A DNA stretch of 64,000 nucleotides from an uncultured Anaerolineales bacterium (GTDB taxonomy: Bacteria; Chloroflexota; Anaerolineae; Anaerolineales; UBA11858), in contig CAZVPR010000002.1 in NCBI GenBank assembly GCA_964629085.1, positions 20,428 through 84,427 on the forward strand. The letters are read 5' to 3'. A program made the position numbers and the translations under genes. Every line of letters begins with the position of its first letter. The first letter of the stretch is position 1. The notes below the pieces were generated by a model. That model searched no databases and was not told where the DNA came from. It worked only from the letters and a program-made list of their open reading frames with translations. This document shows positions 1 through 7,564 of this stretch, in pieces.

Positions 1-1
1 G

Positions 2-469
2 ATTTACTGTATCGGTGACAAGGTTGATGAATCTTTTGGTTTACCGGTGCAGTGGAACGAGTTCGTCAAGCATCCCATCCCCGAATTTCCCGTACAAGAT
101 TTGACTTATGAAGTTTACGACTCTGAAGATGCCAAACCCCTGGAAGGCATTTTTGTTACTGGTTGGGCGCGCGAGGCCAGCAGTGGTCTGGTGGGTTATG
201 CCCGCAAAGATGGAGAAAATGGTGCTGAAGCCGTACGTCAATACCTGGAGACAATTTCCCCACCTCAGAATTCGGTCAACTTGTTGAATGCCTTGCAAGA
301 ACGGCTGGTGAACCTATCCCATCCCGTAGTGGATAAAGCCCAAATTATGAGGCTGGATGAAATCGAGCGCGATGAGGCAGAAAGTCGAGGTCTGGAAGAT
401 TTCAAATTCGCATCGAACGAAGAAATGCTAAAGGCGCTCAATGGGAAAACAGAACTAGTGTTGGCCTGA
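2..469 (+). CDS. C-terminal fragment of an FprA/adrenodoxin-reductase-like NADPH:ferredoxin oxidoreductase (5' end outside window)
   Basis: The frame is open from position 2 (IYCIGDKVDESFGLPVQW) into ORF 47..469. The segment FVTGWAREASSGLVGYARKDG resembles the GW-x-(K/R)-x-x-x-G-x-(I/V)G block of FprA-type reductases. Stop TGA at 467-469. Confidence 0.5.
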   Translation: MYCIGDKVDESFGLPVQWNEFVKHPIPEFPVQDLTYEVYDSEDAKPLEGIFVTGWAREASSGLVGYARKDGENGAEAVRQYLETISPPQNSVNLLNALQERLVNLSHPVVDKAQIMRLDEIERDEAESRGLEDFKFASNEEMLKALNGKTELVLA

Positions 470-480
470 TACAACAAAAA

Positions 481-507
481 AGGAGCCCGTCGTTTTGGCG
501 GGCTCCT
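481..507. terminator. Hairpin between convergent genes (likely terminator, U-tract on the minus-strand side)
   Basis: Perfect 9-bp inverted repeat AGGAGCCCG (481-489) / CGGGCTCCT (499-507) with a 9-nt loop. The A-run ACAACAAAAA just upstream on + reads as a T-run after the hairpin on the minus strand. Confidence 0.6.
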
Positions 508-528
508 GTACATTTAGCAATGTCTTGC

Positions 529-969
529 TCAAGAGTGTTTGACTCGGGGGGTGATCATTAAGATAAACCCCACAGCGATAAAGCCTTCAGCAATGGTTAC
601 ACCCACAACTTGCAGTGGTCCGAACAGGGGAATCACTGGCCAGGGTTGCGTGCCGAAACCAAATACATCTGCCAGCCCCGATGTGACAGCCATAACATAG
701 CCAGTGCTCACCAGTCGCAAGCCGATGTCGGCGGCAATCGTGCGCTCACGGCCGATCCACTGCACCGAAAAACAAATATAACCCCCAAAACAAATCAGCG
801 CCAGACCCAACAGAAAAACGGAAATCTGCACAAAACCGACCACCGGGCTGCGGTCCAAACCGAACACACCCGGTTCCAGTCCCAGCACGACCAAAAACAC
901 CCCAACAGCGACTAAAATCAAACCTGCCCGCACGCGGCGGTTGCCGTTTATAGGTCTACCTTTGGCCAC
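529..969 (-). CDS. Small polytopic membrane protein, unknown function
   Basis: 146 aa with several long hydrophobic segments (LILVAVGVFLVVLGL, VVGFVQISVFLLGLALICFGGYICF, VVGVTIAEGFIAVGFILMI). The GTG start at 967-969 shares base 969 with the TAG stop (969-971) of the upstream dipeptidase gene, suggesting coupling. Confidence 0.5.
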   Translation of the reverse strand: MAKGRPINGNRRVRAGLILVAVGVFLVVLGLEPGVFGLDRSPVVGFVQISVFLLGLALICFGGYICFSVQWIGRERTIAADIGLRLVSTGYVMAVTSGLADVFGFGTQPWPVIPLFGPLQVVGVTIAEGFIAVGFILMITPRVKHS

Positions 970-2057
970 TACGATATTCCTTCCGGCAAACTGTTCTGTA
1001 GATATGTAATCCAGTTCTGTCCAAGCACAGCAGCGACATCATCTTCAGTATACCCTTTTTCTTGCAATAACAGTGTTAATTTCCTCAAATCGGCAATGGT
1101 ATCGATGCCGTCGGGCACACTCTGTAAGCCAAATCCGCCATCGAAATCACTGCCCAACCCGACGTGGCGAGCGTCTCCGGCCATTTGGCAGATATAGTCG
1201 ATCTGGGCAACGACATGATCAAGAGTCACCAGGTGTCTACCATCTCGCTCCGTCCATCCAGCCAACAGGAAGGGGTTAAACGGCACAATTCCGATGACAG
1301 CATCTCGCTCTAACAGGCCACGAATTACCCGATCCGATAAGAAGCGATTGCTCTCAGTGCCTTTTAGCAATGCCAGGGCATTGGCATGCGATGCAAGGAT
1401 TGATCCAGGATAAATATCTAGCGATTGCAGAACGGATTTTTGGTCCATATGGCTGATGTCCAAAGAAAAACCATGGTCGGCCATGGCATCGAGCAATTCG
1501 AACCCAGCTTTAGTTAGCGGGCCGGGTTCACCGGTGCCGCCGCAAAAACGCGTCCCCGTCCAGGCCGGTCCGATTAATCGGACTCCCCGATCCCACCACT
1601 CAGCCAGTTCCGATGGAAAGCGGACCGCCTCTGCCCCTTCCATGAGCACAACCAGGCCCACAGGCGGAGCAGCAGTTTCAGGTTGCCACTCTTCCAGGTG
1701 AGCGTTCAATTCGGCTTTGTTCTGAAGCAAGCGGAATTTGTCGGGAGACTCATCTACCAGGCGATGGTAAACATCCAGTTGGGCACTGTAGCGTTGAACT
1801 GCCTCGGTATCATCAGCATAACATTCTACGTCCCACTCGCCTAACTTCCGCCGGGCAGGGGCGGCGAACAAAGTCGAGAATATGATGGCTACTTTGCCTT
1901 GCTGGAAATCAGGCCAGCCCAATAAGGTGTCTCCATTATAGTTTGGAGCATCTTTACCGCGCTCTCGCTGGCGGGTTTCCTCAGCAGAAAGTGTGTAATC
2001 ACGTCCGAACGAAACGACGTTCCAGGCCAAATCTTGGTGTGAATCGACAATGATCAT
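969..2057 (-). CDS. Membrane (renal-type) dipeptidase, peptidase family M19
   Basis: 362 aa. N-terminal VDSHQDLAWN metal-ligand block and C-terminal GLGSDFDGG block are characteristic of the M19 TIM-barrel dipeptidases. Confidence 0.8.
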   Translation of the reverse strand: MIIVDSHQDLAWNVVSFGRDYTLSAEETRQRERGKDAPNYNGDTLLGWPDFQQGKVAIIFSTLFAAPARRKLGEWDVECYADDTEAVQRYSAQLDVYHRLVDESPDKFRLLQNKAELNAHLEEWQPETAAPPVGLVVLMEGAEAVRFPSELAEWWDRGVRLIGPAWTGTRFCGGTGEPGPLTKAGFELLDAMADHGFSLDISHMDQKSVLQSLDIYPGSILASHANALALLKGTESNRFLSDRVIRGLLERDAVIGIVPFNPFLLAGWTERDGRHLVTLDHVVAQIDYICQMAGDARHVGLGSDFDGGFGLQSVPDGIDTIADLRKLTLLLQEKGYTEDDVAAVLGQNWITYLQNSLPEGIS

Positions 2058-2060
2058 AAT

Positions 2061-3119
2061 CTATTTGTTTAGTATATTGGCTATTTGGCGGTCGATCTTA
2101 CCCATGGGGAATTCCGATAATTCATCCAATGAGGACCAACGCAAGTCAGCATGTTCCAATTGTTGAGGTTCGCCAGCGACCAGCGTGGAGCGGAAAGCGT
2201 GCAGCGTTACTCGAAAATGACTGTACGCATGCTCATAAACTCCGAGATGCTCTCCAACTTCGATTTGGACACCCAACTCCTCACAAATTTCTCGCTCCAG
2301 GCAGGCTTGCAGAGATTCCCCGGGCTTCTGTTTGCCTCCGGGGAATTCCCACATGCCAGCCAAAAGGCCATCTTGTGGTCGCTGGGCGATGAGCACATGA
2401 CCATTGCGCTGGATCACTGCCGCGGTCACAATGTGGTGTGGAATATCTGTTTTTGGTTTCTTCACCGGGCGTTGTTCCTGGATTCCTAACTTCAACGCTT
2501 CACAAAATTCTGCCGCCGGGCACTGGTCACATTTGGGATTGCGAGGAACACAAACTGTTGCGCCCAAATCCATCAAGGCCTGGTTATAATCTCCGGCCCG
2601 GCCCGCAGGCAGGTTTTCCTGCGCCAACTGGATAAATTCCTTTTCAGCCTGGCCCGCGCCCAAAGGTGCAGAAATGTTGAATACTCGCGATAATACCCGC
2701 CGAATGTTGCCATCCAATGCGGCTTCATCTTGATCAAAGGCAATGGATGCTATCGCTGCGGCAGTGTATTGGCCAATACCAGGCAACTTCTTCAATTCTG
2801 CTGCATCCTCCGGTAATCGTCCACCATAATCTGCAACAATCACTTGCGCTGCTTTGTGCACATTGCGGGCACGCGTGTAATATCCCAACCCCTCCCATAG
2901 TTTGAGCACTTCATTTTGATTCGCATTGGCCAGGCCGAAGACAGAGGGAAAGCGTTCCAGCCACCTCTCAAAATAGGGGATAACCGTTTCCACGCGTGTC
3001 TGCTGGCACATGATCTCAGAAATCCAAACTGCATAAGGATCACTGATCCCGCGCCAAGGGATATTTCGCTCCCTTTGCGCGTACCAATTCAGCAAGCTTT
3101 CGGCGAAAGATATCGACAT
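2061..3119 (-). CDS. mutY: A/G-specific adenine DNA glycosylase MutY
   Basis: 352 aa. HhH-GPD core (WISEIMCQQTRVETV, PGIGQYTAAAIASIAF), Fe-S cluster loop CVPRNPKCDQCPAAEFC, and a C-terminal NUDIX-like domain (WEFPGGKQKPGESLQACLEREICEELG). Confidence 0.9.
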   Translation of the reverse strand: MSISFAESLLNWYAQRERNIPWRGISDPYAVWISEIMCQQTRVETVIPYFERWLERFPSVFGLANANQNEVLKLWEGLGYYTRARNVHKAAQVIVADYGGRLPEDAAELKKLPGIGQYTAAAIASIAFDQDEAALDGNIRRVLSRVFNISAPLGAGQAEKEFIQLAQENLPAGRAGDYNQALMDLGATVCVPRNPKCDQCPAAEFCEALKLGIQEQRPVKKPKTDIPHHIVTAAVIQRNGHVLIAQRPQDGLLAGMWEFPGGKQKPGESLQACLEREICEELGVQIEVGEHLGVYEHAYSHFRVTLHAFRSTLVAGEPQQLEHADLRWSSLDELSEFPMGKIDRQIANILNK

Positions 3120-3201
3120 GACTTTGAAACAGTGGGATAAAACAAAAGACTGGATATCAGGAGTGATTCGCTAAAATTGTCTCTCCCGCATCCAATCTCA
3201 A

Positions 3202-3504
3202 TTACATTTGAAAACCGGGACGTTCGCTTACGGTTTTAAATTCCAGATCTTTTACATAATCTAACAAGCGAGCTGTGAGCCCATCCCATTCCTGGGACAA
3301 CATAATTCGGCGCAGCTCGGCGGCATCTTCAGAAGTTACGGCTGCCAGGATTTGTGGCTGATCCCCATATACCGTCACCCAGGCTTCGGTAGCTTCCAGG
3401 CCAAGGTCTTGAATCTCGGGCATGAACTCACGCACAACAAATTCGAAATATTCCTGTTCACGCCCGGGCACGATATTCCACGACATCAAAAGTTTTACAG
3501 CCAC
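3202..3504 (-). CDS. Hypothetical small cytoplasmic protein (100 aa)
   Basis: Clean ORF in the same minus-strand gene string, 14 bp downstream of the MBL-fold gene. No recognisable motif. Confidence 0.4.
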   Translation of the reverse strand: MAVKLLMSWNIVPGREQEYFEFVVREFMPEIQDLGLEATEAWVTVYGDQPQILAAVTSEDAAELRRIMLSQEWDGLTARLLDYVKDLEFKTVSERPGFQM

Positions 3505-3518
3505 GATAATCTCCTGGC

Positions 3519-4163
3519 CTAAGACTGGTAATCCAAGACCACAACCTGGGTTTCACTGGGCACAGATGATTGGGTCACGTTCAATTCTTCTTCCGGCGCG
3601 ACCTTGCCTAAGCCCATTTCTTTCAGGAATTTACTCAGGGGGTCGAGTTTGAGTTTGCATTCGCTGGTTTCATATTGCATTGGAATCACAATTCCTGGTT
3701 CCAGCAGGCTGATAACCTCAGCAGCCTTGGCCGCATTCAATCCGCCGCTCCCGCCCACCGGCACTAAGGCCACATTTACAGAACCCAGAGCTTCAATTTG
3801 TGATTGGCTGGGTACGCGGTGAAGATTTCCGAGGTGGGCAACTGAAACGCCCTCATAATCGAAAACATACAGGGTGTTTTTCAACTCGTCTTTTTTGCGC
3901 TTGGAACCGCCATTTGTGCTGACAGCGGTAATGAAAACATTGCCAATTTCGAATTCACCCGGCCCGCGCAGCACGCGCTCTTTCGAGCGGACCCCAGCTT
4001 CAAAATTGTATGGTGGTGCATCCTGGCTGATCGAAACGATGTGTCCGCGTAAGTTCAGTTCTTGATAGCCAACAACTTCATGGTCATAAGGATCTGTCAC
4101 AACTGTCGCCAGGCCGCGTGCGGTAAGTCGAAAACAGGAATGTCCATGCCAAGTAATTTTCAT
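3519..4163 (-). CDS. Metal-dependent hydrolase of the metallo-beta-lactamase fold (UPF0173-like)
   Basis: 214 aa. The MKITWHGHSCF start and overall length are typical of the UPF0173 MBL-fold family. Confidence 0.7.
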   Translation of the reverse strand: MKITWHGHSCFRLTARGLATVVTDPYDHEVVGYQELNLRGHIVSISQDAPPYNFEAGVRSKERVLRGPGEFEIGNVFITAVSTNGGSKRKKDELKNTLYVFDYEGVSVAHLGNLHRVPSQSQIEALGSVNVALVPVGGSGGLNAAKAAEVISLLEPGIVIPMQYETSECKLKLDPLSKFLKEMGLGKVAPEEELNVTQSSVPSETQVVVLDYQS

Positions 4164-4240
4164 GTACTACCTCCAAAATATCGGCCTGATTATACTTCAT
4201 AGGTAGGAAATTCGCCAAAATTCTGATATGATGGGCAACC

Positions 4241-5776
4241 ATGAAACGAAGAATATTGCCTATCTCATTGGTCCTTTTTTTATCTGTAGTTTTTGGTGCT
4301 GCGCTTACAGCATGCCAGGTTGAAGCGCCGCCACCCCCCACCGTGACACCCCCACCAACGGTGGAAATCGTCCTTCCTTCAAATACGGTAGAACCAACGG
4401 TTCCCCCCACAGATACCCCAGAACTAACCCAAACGCCAACTCAAACTGCAAGCCCCACCGCCACCACGCCTCCCCCGCCCGAACTGAATTATGCCATTTG
4501 GGCAGAATTCGATTATGGCAGGAAAATCTTGGCTGTCGAGCAAATCATCGATATTCCCAACAATTCTTCCACTGCTTTTAATGATCTTATATTGGTAATT
4601 CCACCCCTGCTTTTCGAAAACACATTCTATCTAAAATATATTGGCTGGGGTAGCGGCCAGGAGATCACCGATGCCCGCGAATATGGGGCGGTGATGACCA
4701 TCCCGCTGGCGGAACCCCTGGAACCGGGCATGATCAAAAAGATCAGGCTTTCTTACGAACTGCATCTGCCCGTAAACAATTCTTCTGCCCAGGCCGGCCC
4801 TAACCCCTTTGGCTATACAACCCGCCAGATCAACTTTGTAGATTGGTACCCTTTTGTGCCGCCTTACCGGGATGGCCAGGGCTGGGTGGTAAATGATCCC
4901 TGGGCCTATGGCGAATTCCTGGTTTACCCGGTTGCTAATTTCAATTTCACCCTCACGTTATTAAACACACCCCAGGCTGTAAACATCGCCGCCAGCGCCC
5001 CAGATACCGGAGATGGGGTCACCCACCATTATTACCTGGAACGAGGGCGCAATTTCGTCTGGTCGGTCAGCCCTTCGTATGAAGTTTTCGAAACGGATGT
5101 CAACGGCACAACCATCATGGGGTACGTATTTTCACCGGATTACGAGAGTGGGAAAAGCGCTTTCAATGCCACCGTGGATGCCTTCAAACTCTACACTGAT
5201 TTGTTTGGCCCTTATCCACACCCCATGTTGACCATGGTCGAGGCCGATTTCGACCACGGCATGGAATATCAGAGCCTTTTCTTCTTGAACAAAGGATTTT
5301 TTGCCTCCTTTGATGGCGCTAATGGGAGTTTTTTGGTCGCCATTGCTGCGCATGAAACTTCCCATCAATGGTGGTATGGCCTGGTTGCCAATGATCAGGC
5401 CAACGAACCCTGGCTGGATGAGGCTCTGGCGACCTACAGCGAGTACCTGTTTTATGAGTACTATTACCCTCAGGATATTGACGAGTTCTGGTGGGCTCGG
5501 CGGATTTTGCCCCAAAATCCATCTGGCTGGGTGAACACATCCATTTACAGCGCCGAGGGCTACCGCGAATATCGAGACGCGGTCTATTTGCAGGGCGCCA
5601 AGTTTTTGGTTGATCTGCGCGCCAAGATGGGTGATGAGACCTTCTTTGCATTTCTCAAAGACTATTCTGCAACATATACAGATCAAATTGCGACGGGAAA
5701 TGATTTCTTTTGGGTGCTTTCTAAATATCTAAAAACAGATCTTGGACCGTTATTAGAGACGTATTTCTTGCGATAG
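4241..5776 (+). CDS. Exported M1-family (gluzincin) metallopeptidase, probable lipoprotein
   Basis: 511 aa. Signal peptide ends in lipobox LTAC, followed by a Thr/Pro-rich linker (PPPPTVTPPPTV...TQTPTQTASPTATTPPPP). Zinc motif HETSH followed 19 residues later by E in WLDEALATY, i.e. HExxH-x18-E. Confidence 0.8.
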   Translation: MKRRILPISLVLFLSVVFGAALTACQVEAPPPPTVTPPPTVEIVLPSNTVEPTVPPTDTPELTQTPTQTASPTATTPPPPELNYAIWAEFDYGRKILAVEQIIDIPNNSSTAFNDLILVIPPLLFENTFYLKYIGWGSGQEITDAREYGAVMTIPLAEPLEPGMIKKIRLSYELHLPVNNSSAQAGPNPFGYTTRQINFVDWYPFVPPYRDGQGWVVNDPWAYGEFLVYPVANFNFTLTLLNTPQAVNIAASAPDTGDGVTHHYYLERGRNFVWSVSPSYEVFETDVNGTTIMGYVFSPDYESGKSAFNATVDAFKLYTDLFGPYPHPMLTMVEADFDHGMEYQSLFFLNKGFFASFDGANGSFLVAIAAHETSHQWWYGLVANDQANEPWLDEALATYSEYLFYEYYYPQDIDEFWWARRILPQNPSGWVNTSIYSAEGYREYRDAVYLQGAKFLVDLRAKMGDETFFAFLKDYSATYTDQIATGNDFFWVLSKYLKTDLGPLLETYFLR

Positions 5777-5843
5777 AACCATGGCTGAACACAAACTATT
5801 GAAAATTTAGGGGGACAGCTGTGCCCGGAGTATTGCTTTCCAG

Positions 5844-6695
5844 TTGATAGGCTTTCTGATTGTGATGGCCATTTTCATCACCCCCGCCATCATAGTTGCC
5901 GTGGCAATCGGCGACCGTAATTCTGGCTTCGGTTTATACATCAGCATCATCATTGGGCTGATGCTGGCCAGTATGGTCGGGGTGATTGTATGGGGCATCA
6001 ACAGCACTCGTAAGCGTGCCAAAAAGTTGGATGCCATCTTCACACCCTGGGGATTGACCGGAGAATCGTATTACTACAGCGGACGTCAATATCACGGAGA
6101 GGTCAAACGACGCCCTGTCGATGTTTATTTTCATCGCGGGCCAACCCTGGACATCTCCATCGAATCCCGGTTGGATGCCAGGGCATTTATTGTATTCAAA
6201 AGCGAAATCGGCAAATACTCTGCCAGCCTGGCCAACTTCGAAGATGTGGCCCTGAACAACCCTACCTTCCACAACTTCAGCATTTATGCTCAAGATCGAT
6301 ATTGGATGGAAAACATCCTGGACGGTGAAGCCGTCCGTCAGGCTCTGCGCCAATTGATGAGCGTCACTGGGGCCTACGAGCTGCGCAAGGTAATGATCCA
6401 GCCCAAGGAGCTCAAGTTCACTTTGCGCCGCATCCACATGGACGAGATCAACCCGGAGAACATGCAAGCCTGGTTCGATGATTTATTTACCTTCCTCAAA
6501 GCTGCTGAGGCGGCACCCACACCACAGGCTGCAACGTTAGCAACCCCCATTGAAGAAGATTCCGACCAGGTAGATCGCAAATCAATACCCATTTTGGCCT
6601 CTGCAGTAGCGTGCAGCGTAGCCGGCACCCTGGGCTTTTGCGCATTCGCCATCACGGTCATCAGCCTGATATTCCGTTCTGTGCTGGCACCATAA
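5844..6695 (+). CDS. Membrane-anchored hypothetical protein (N- and C-terminal TM segments)
   Basis: 283 aa with hydrophobic N-terminus (IGFLIVMAIFITPAIIVAVAIG, IIIGLMLASMVGVIVWGI) and C-terminus (ILASAVACSVAGTLGFCAFAITVISLIF). The start is uncertain: TTG 5844 or ATG 5865. Confidence 0.5.
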   Translation: MIGFLIVMAIFITPAIIVAVAIGDRNSGFGLYISIIIGLMLASMVGVIVWGINSTRKRAKKLDAIFTPWGLTGESYYYSGRQYHGEVKRRPVDVYFHRGPTLDISIESRLDARAFIVFKSEIGKYSASLANFEDVALNNPTFHNFSIYAQDRYWMENILDGEAVRQALRQLMSVTGAYELRKVMIQPKELKFTLRRIHMDEINPENMQAWFDDLFTFLKAAEAAPTPQAATLATPIEEDSDQVDRKSIPILASAVACSVAGTLGFCAFAITVISLIFRSVLAP

Positions 6696-6882
6696 ACTAG
6701 AAAAGCAATATTTGAACTGGAATCTCCCTATCCAATGGTGGGGAGCTTTTCTTTTGAGAACGATAATCTAACTACACGGCTCTTCAGATTTTTAACGCTG
6801 AACACCAGGGGGATTGCGGCTTTCGATTTTTCGCAGAAAATTGACCTGGTTGGAATCATTTTGAACATATACTGTTTTATTA

Positions 6883-6942
6883 GTGCATTTTCTTGATAGA
6901 TTTTCGGGATTTCCCAAATATGTGTTTCGGAACAGCACTAGG
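6883..6942. repeat. 60-bp direct repeat, copy 1 (partner at 7259-7318)
   Basis: GTGCATTTTCTTGATAGATTTTCGGGATTTCCCAAATATGTGTTTCGGAACAGCACTAGG matches 7259-7318 at 57 of 60 positions. Confidence 0.9.
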
Positions 6943-6992
6943 ATATAAACGAAAGACATATTCGGAGTTGAATAAACGCTTCGCTACGCCCT

Positions 6993-7075
6993 GCCCGCCA
7001 GAGGCGCGCACATCGAAGATGGCCCTATGGGCAGCGAGGCCCACCTTTGGTGGGCGCGCCTCTGGCATCTCAGGG
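6993..7075. repeat. Dispersed structured repeat family A, copy 1 (inverted copies at 30050-30152 and 44175-44287)
   Basis: The core GGCGCGCACATCGAAGATGGCCCTATGGGCAGCGAGGCCCACCTTTGGTGGGCGCGCC recurs, reverse-complemented and with a few mismatches, at the two other sites. It contains the internal hairpin CCACC-TTT-GGTGG and terminal GGCGCGC/GCGCGCC inverted ends. Confidence 0.85.
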
Positions 7076-7128
7076 TGACAGAATGTATGCGTTGTCATTA
7101 ACCAATCACCCACTACTTCATTTTCAAA

Positions 7129-7208
7129 CTCAAGGGGTTGATTTTTAAAATAGACCCCTTGAGTCAAACAAGTCAACCGGTTGAGTCGCGCGACTCAACC
7201 GGTTGACT
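7129..7208. repeat. Two adjacent perfect hairpins, including a 38-bp perfect palindrome
   Basis: CTCAAGGGGT (7129-7138) pairs with ACCCCTTGAG (7154-7163). AGTCAACCGGTTGAGTCGC|GCGACTCAACCGGTTGACT (7171-7208) is its own reverse complement, and each arm holds the nested palindrome GTCAACCGGTTGAC. Confidence 0.9.
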
Positions 7209-7258
7209 TTTAAAATGAACTGGTTTGTTTTTGCAAAACAAGGCGTTGATTCTTGCTC

Positions 7259-7318
7259 GTGCATTTTCTTGATAGATTTTCGAGATTTCCCAACTATGTG
7301 TTTCGGAACAGCATTAGG
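7259..7318. repeat. 60-bp direct repeat, copy 2 (partner at 6883-6942)
   Basis: 57 of 60 identity with 6883-6942, same orientation, 376 bp apart. Confidence 0.9.
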
Positions 7319-7320
7319 TT

Positions 7321-7394
7321 CCCTCACCCCTCCTTCGCTTCGCTGCGTTTTTCCGTTTTCAGCGTCCCATTGGGAGAGGGGCCAGGGTTGAGGG
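7321..7394. repeat. Dispersed hairpin repeat family B (CCCTCACCCC ... GGGAGAGGGG ... TGAGGG), copy 1
   Basis: It shares CCCTCACCCC, a CT-rich spacer and CCATTGGGAGAGGGGC with 34975-35038, and partly with 44661-44697. The ends form an imperfect inverted repeat. Confidence 0.8.
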
Positions 7395-7496
7395 AAAAAT
7401 AGCCACTTCGACTTACCAAATTACTCATGATTGTTATCGATTGCGTGACTTATTTCTCTCCAGGCGGGCTGACCACGGTCCGAATGCATTGAAAAC

Positions 7497-7524
7497 TGGA
7501 CAATCCCACATATTATTGTATAAT
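7497..7524 (+). promoter_or_regulatory. Sigma-70-like promoter for the 7565 gene
   Basis: TGGACA (7497-7502), 16-nt spacer, TATAAT (7519-7524). The Shine-Dalgarno (SD) sequence AAGGAGAG at 7553-7560 precedes ATG 7565. Confidence 0.55.
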
Positions 7525-7564
7525 GGACACGATTTATCCAATTACGAACCCCAAGGAGAGCACG

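Noticed and set aside
6880-7327. Track ORFs 6880..7176(-), 6893..7078(+), 7145..7327(-) and 7203..7391(+), which share the peptide AVPKHI[FV]GKSRKSIKKMH
   Set aside because: The shared peptide is simply the translation of the 60-bp direct repeat R1/R2. The ORFs run through family-A and family-B repeat elements and hairpins, so coding is unlikely.
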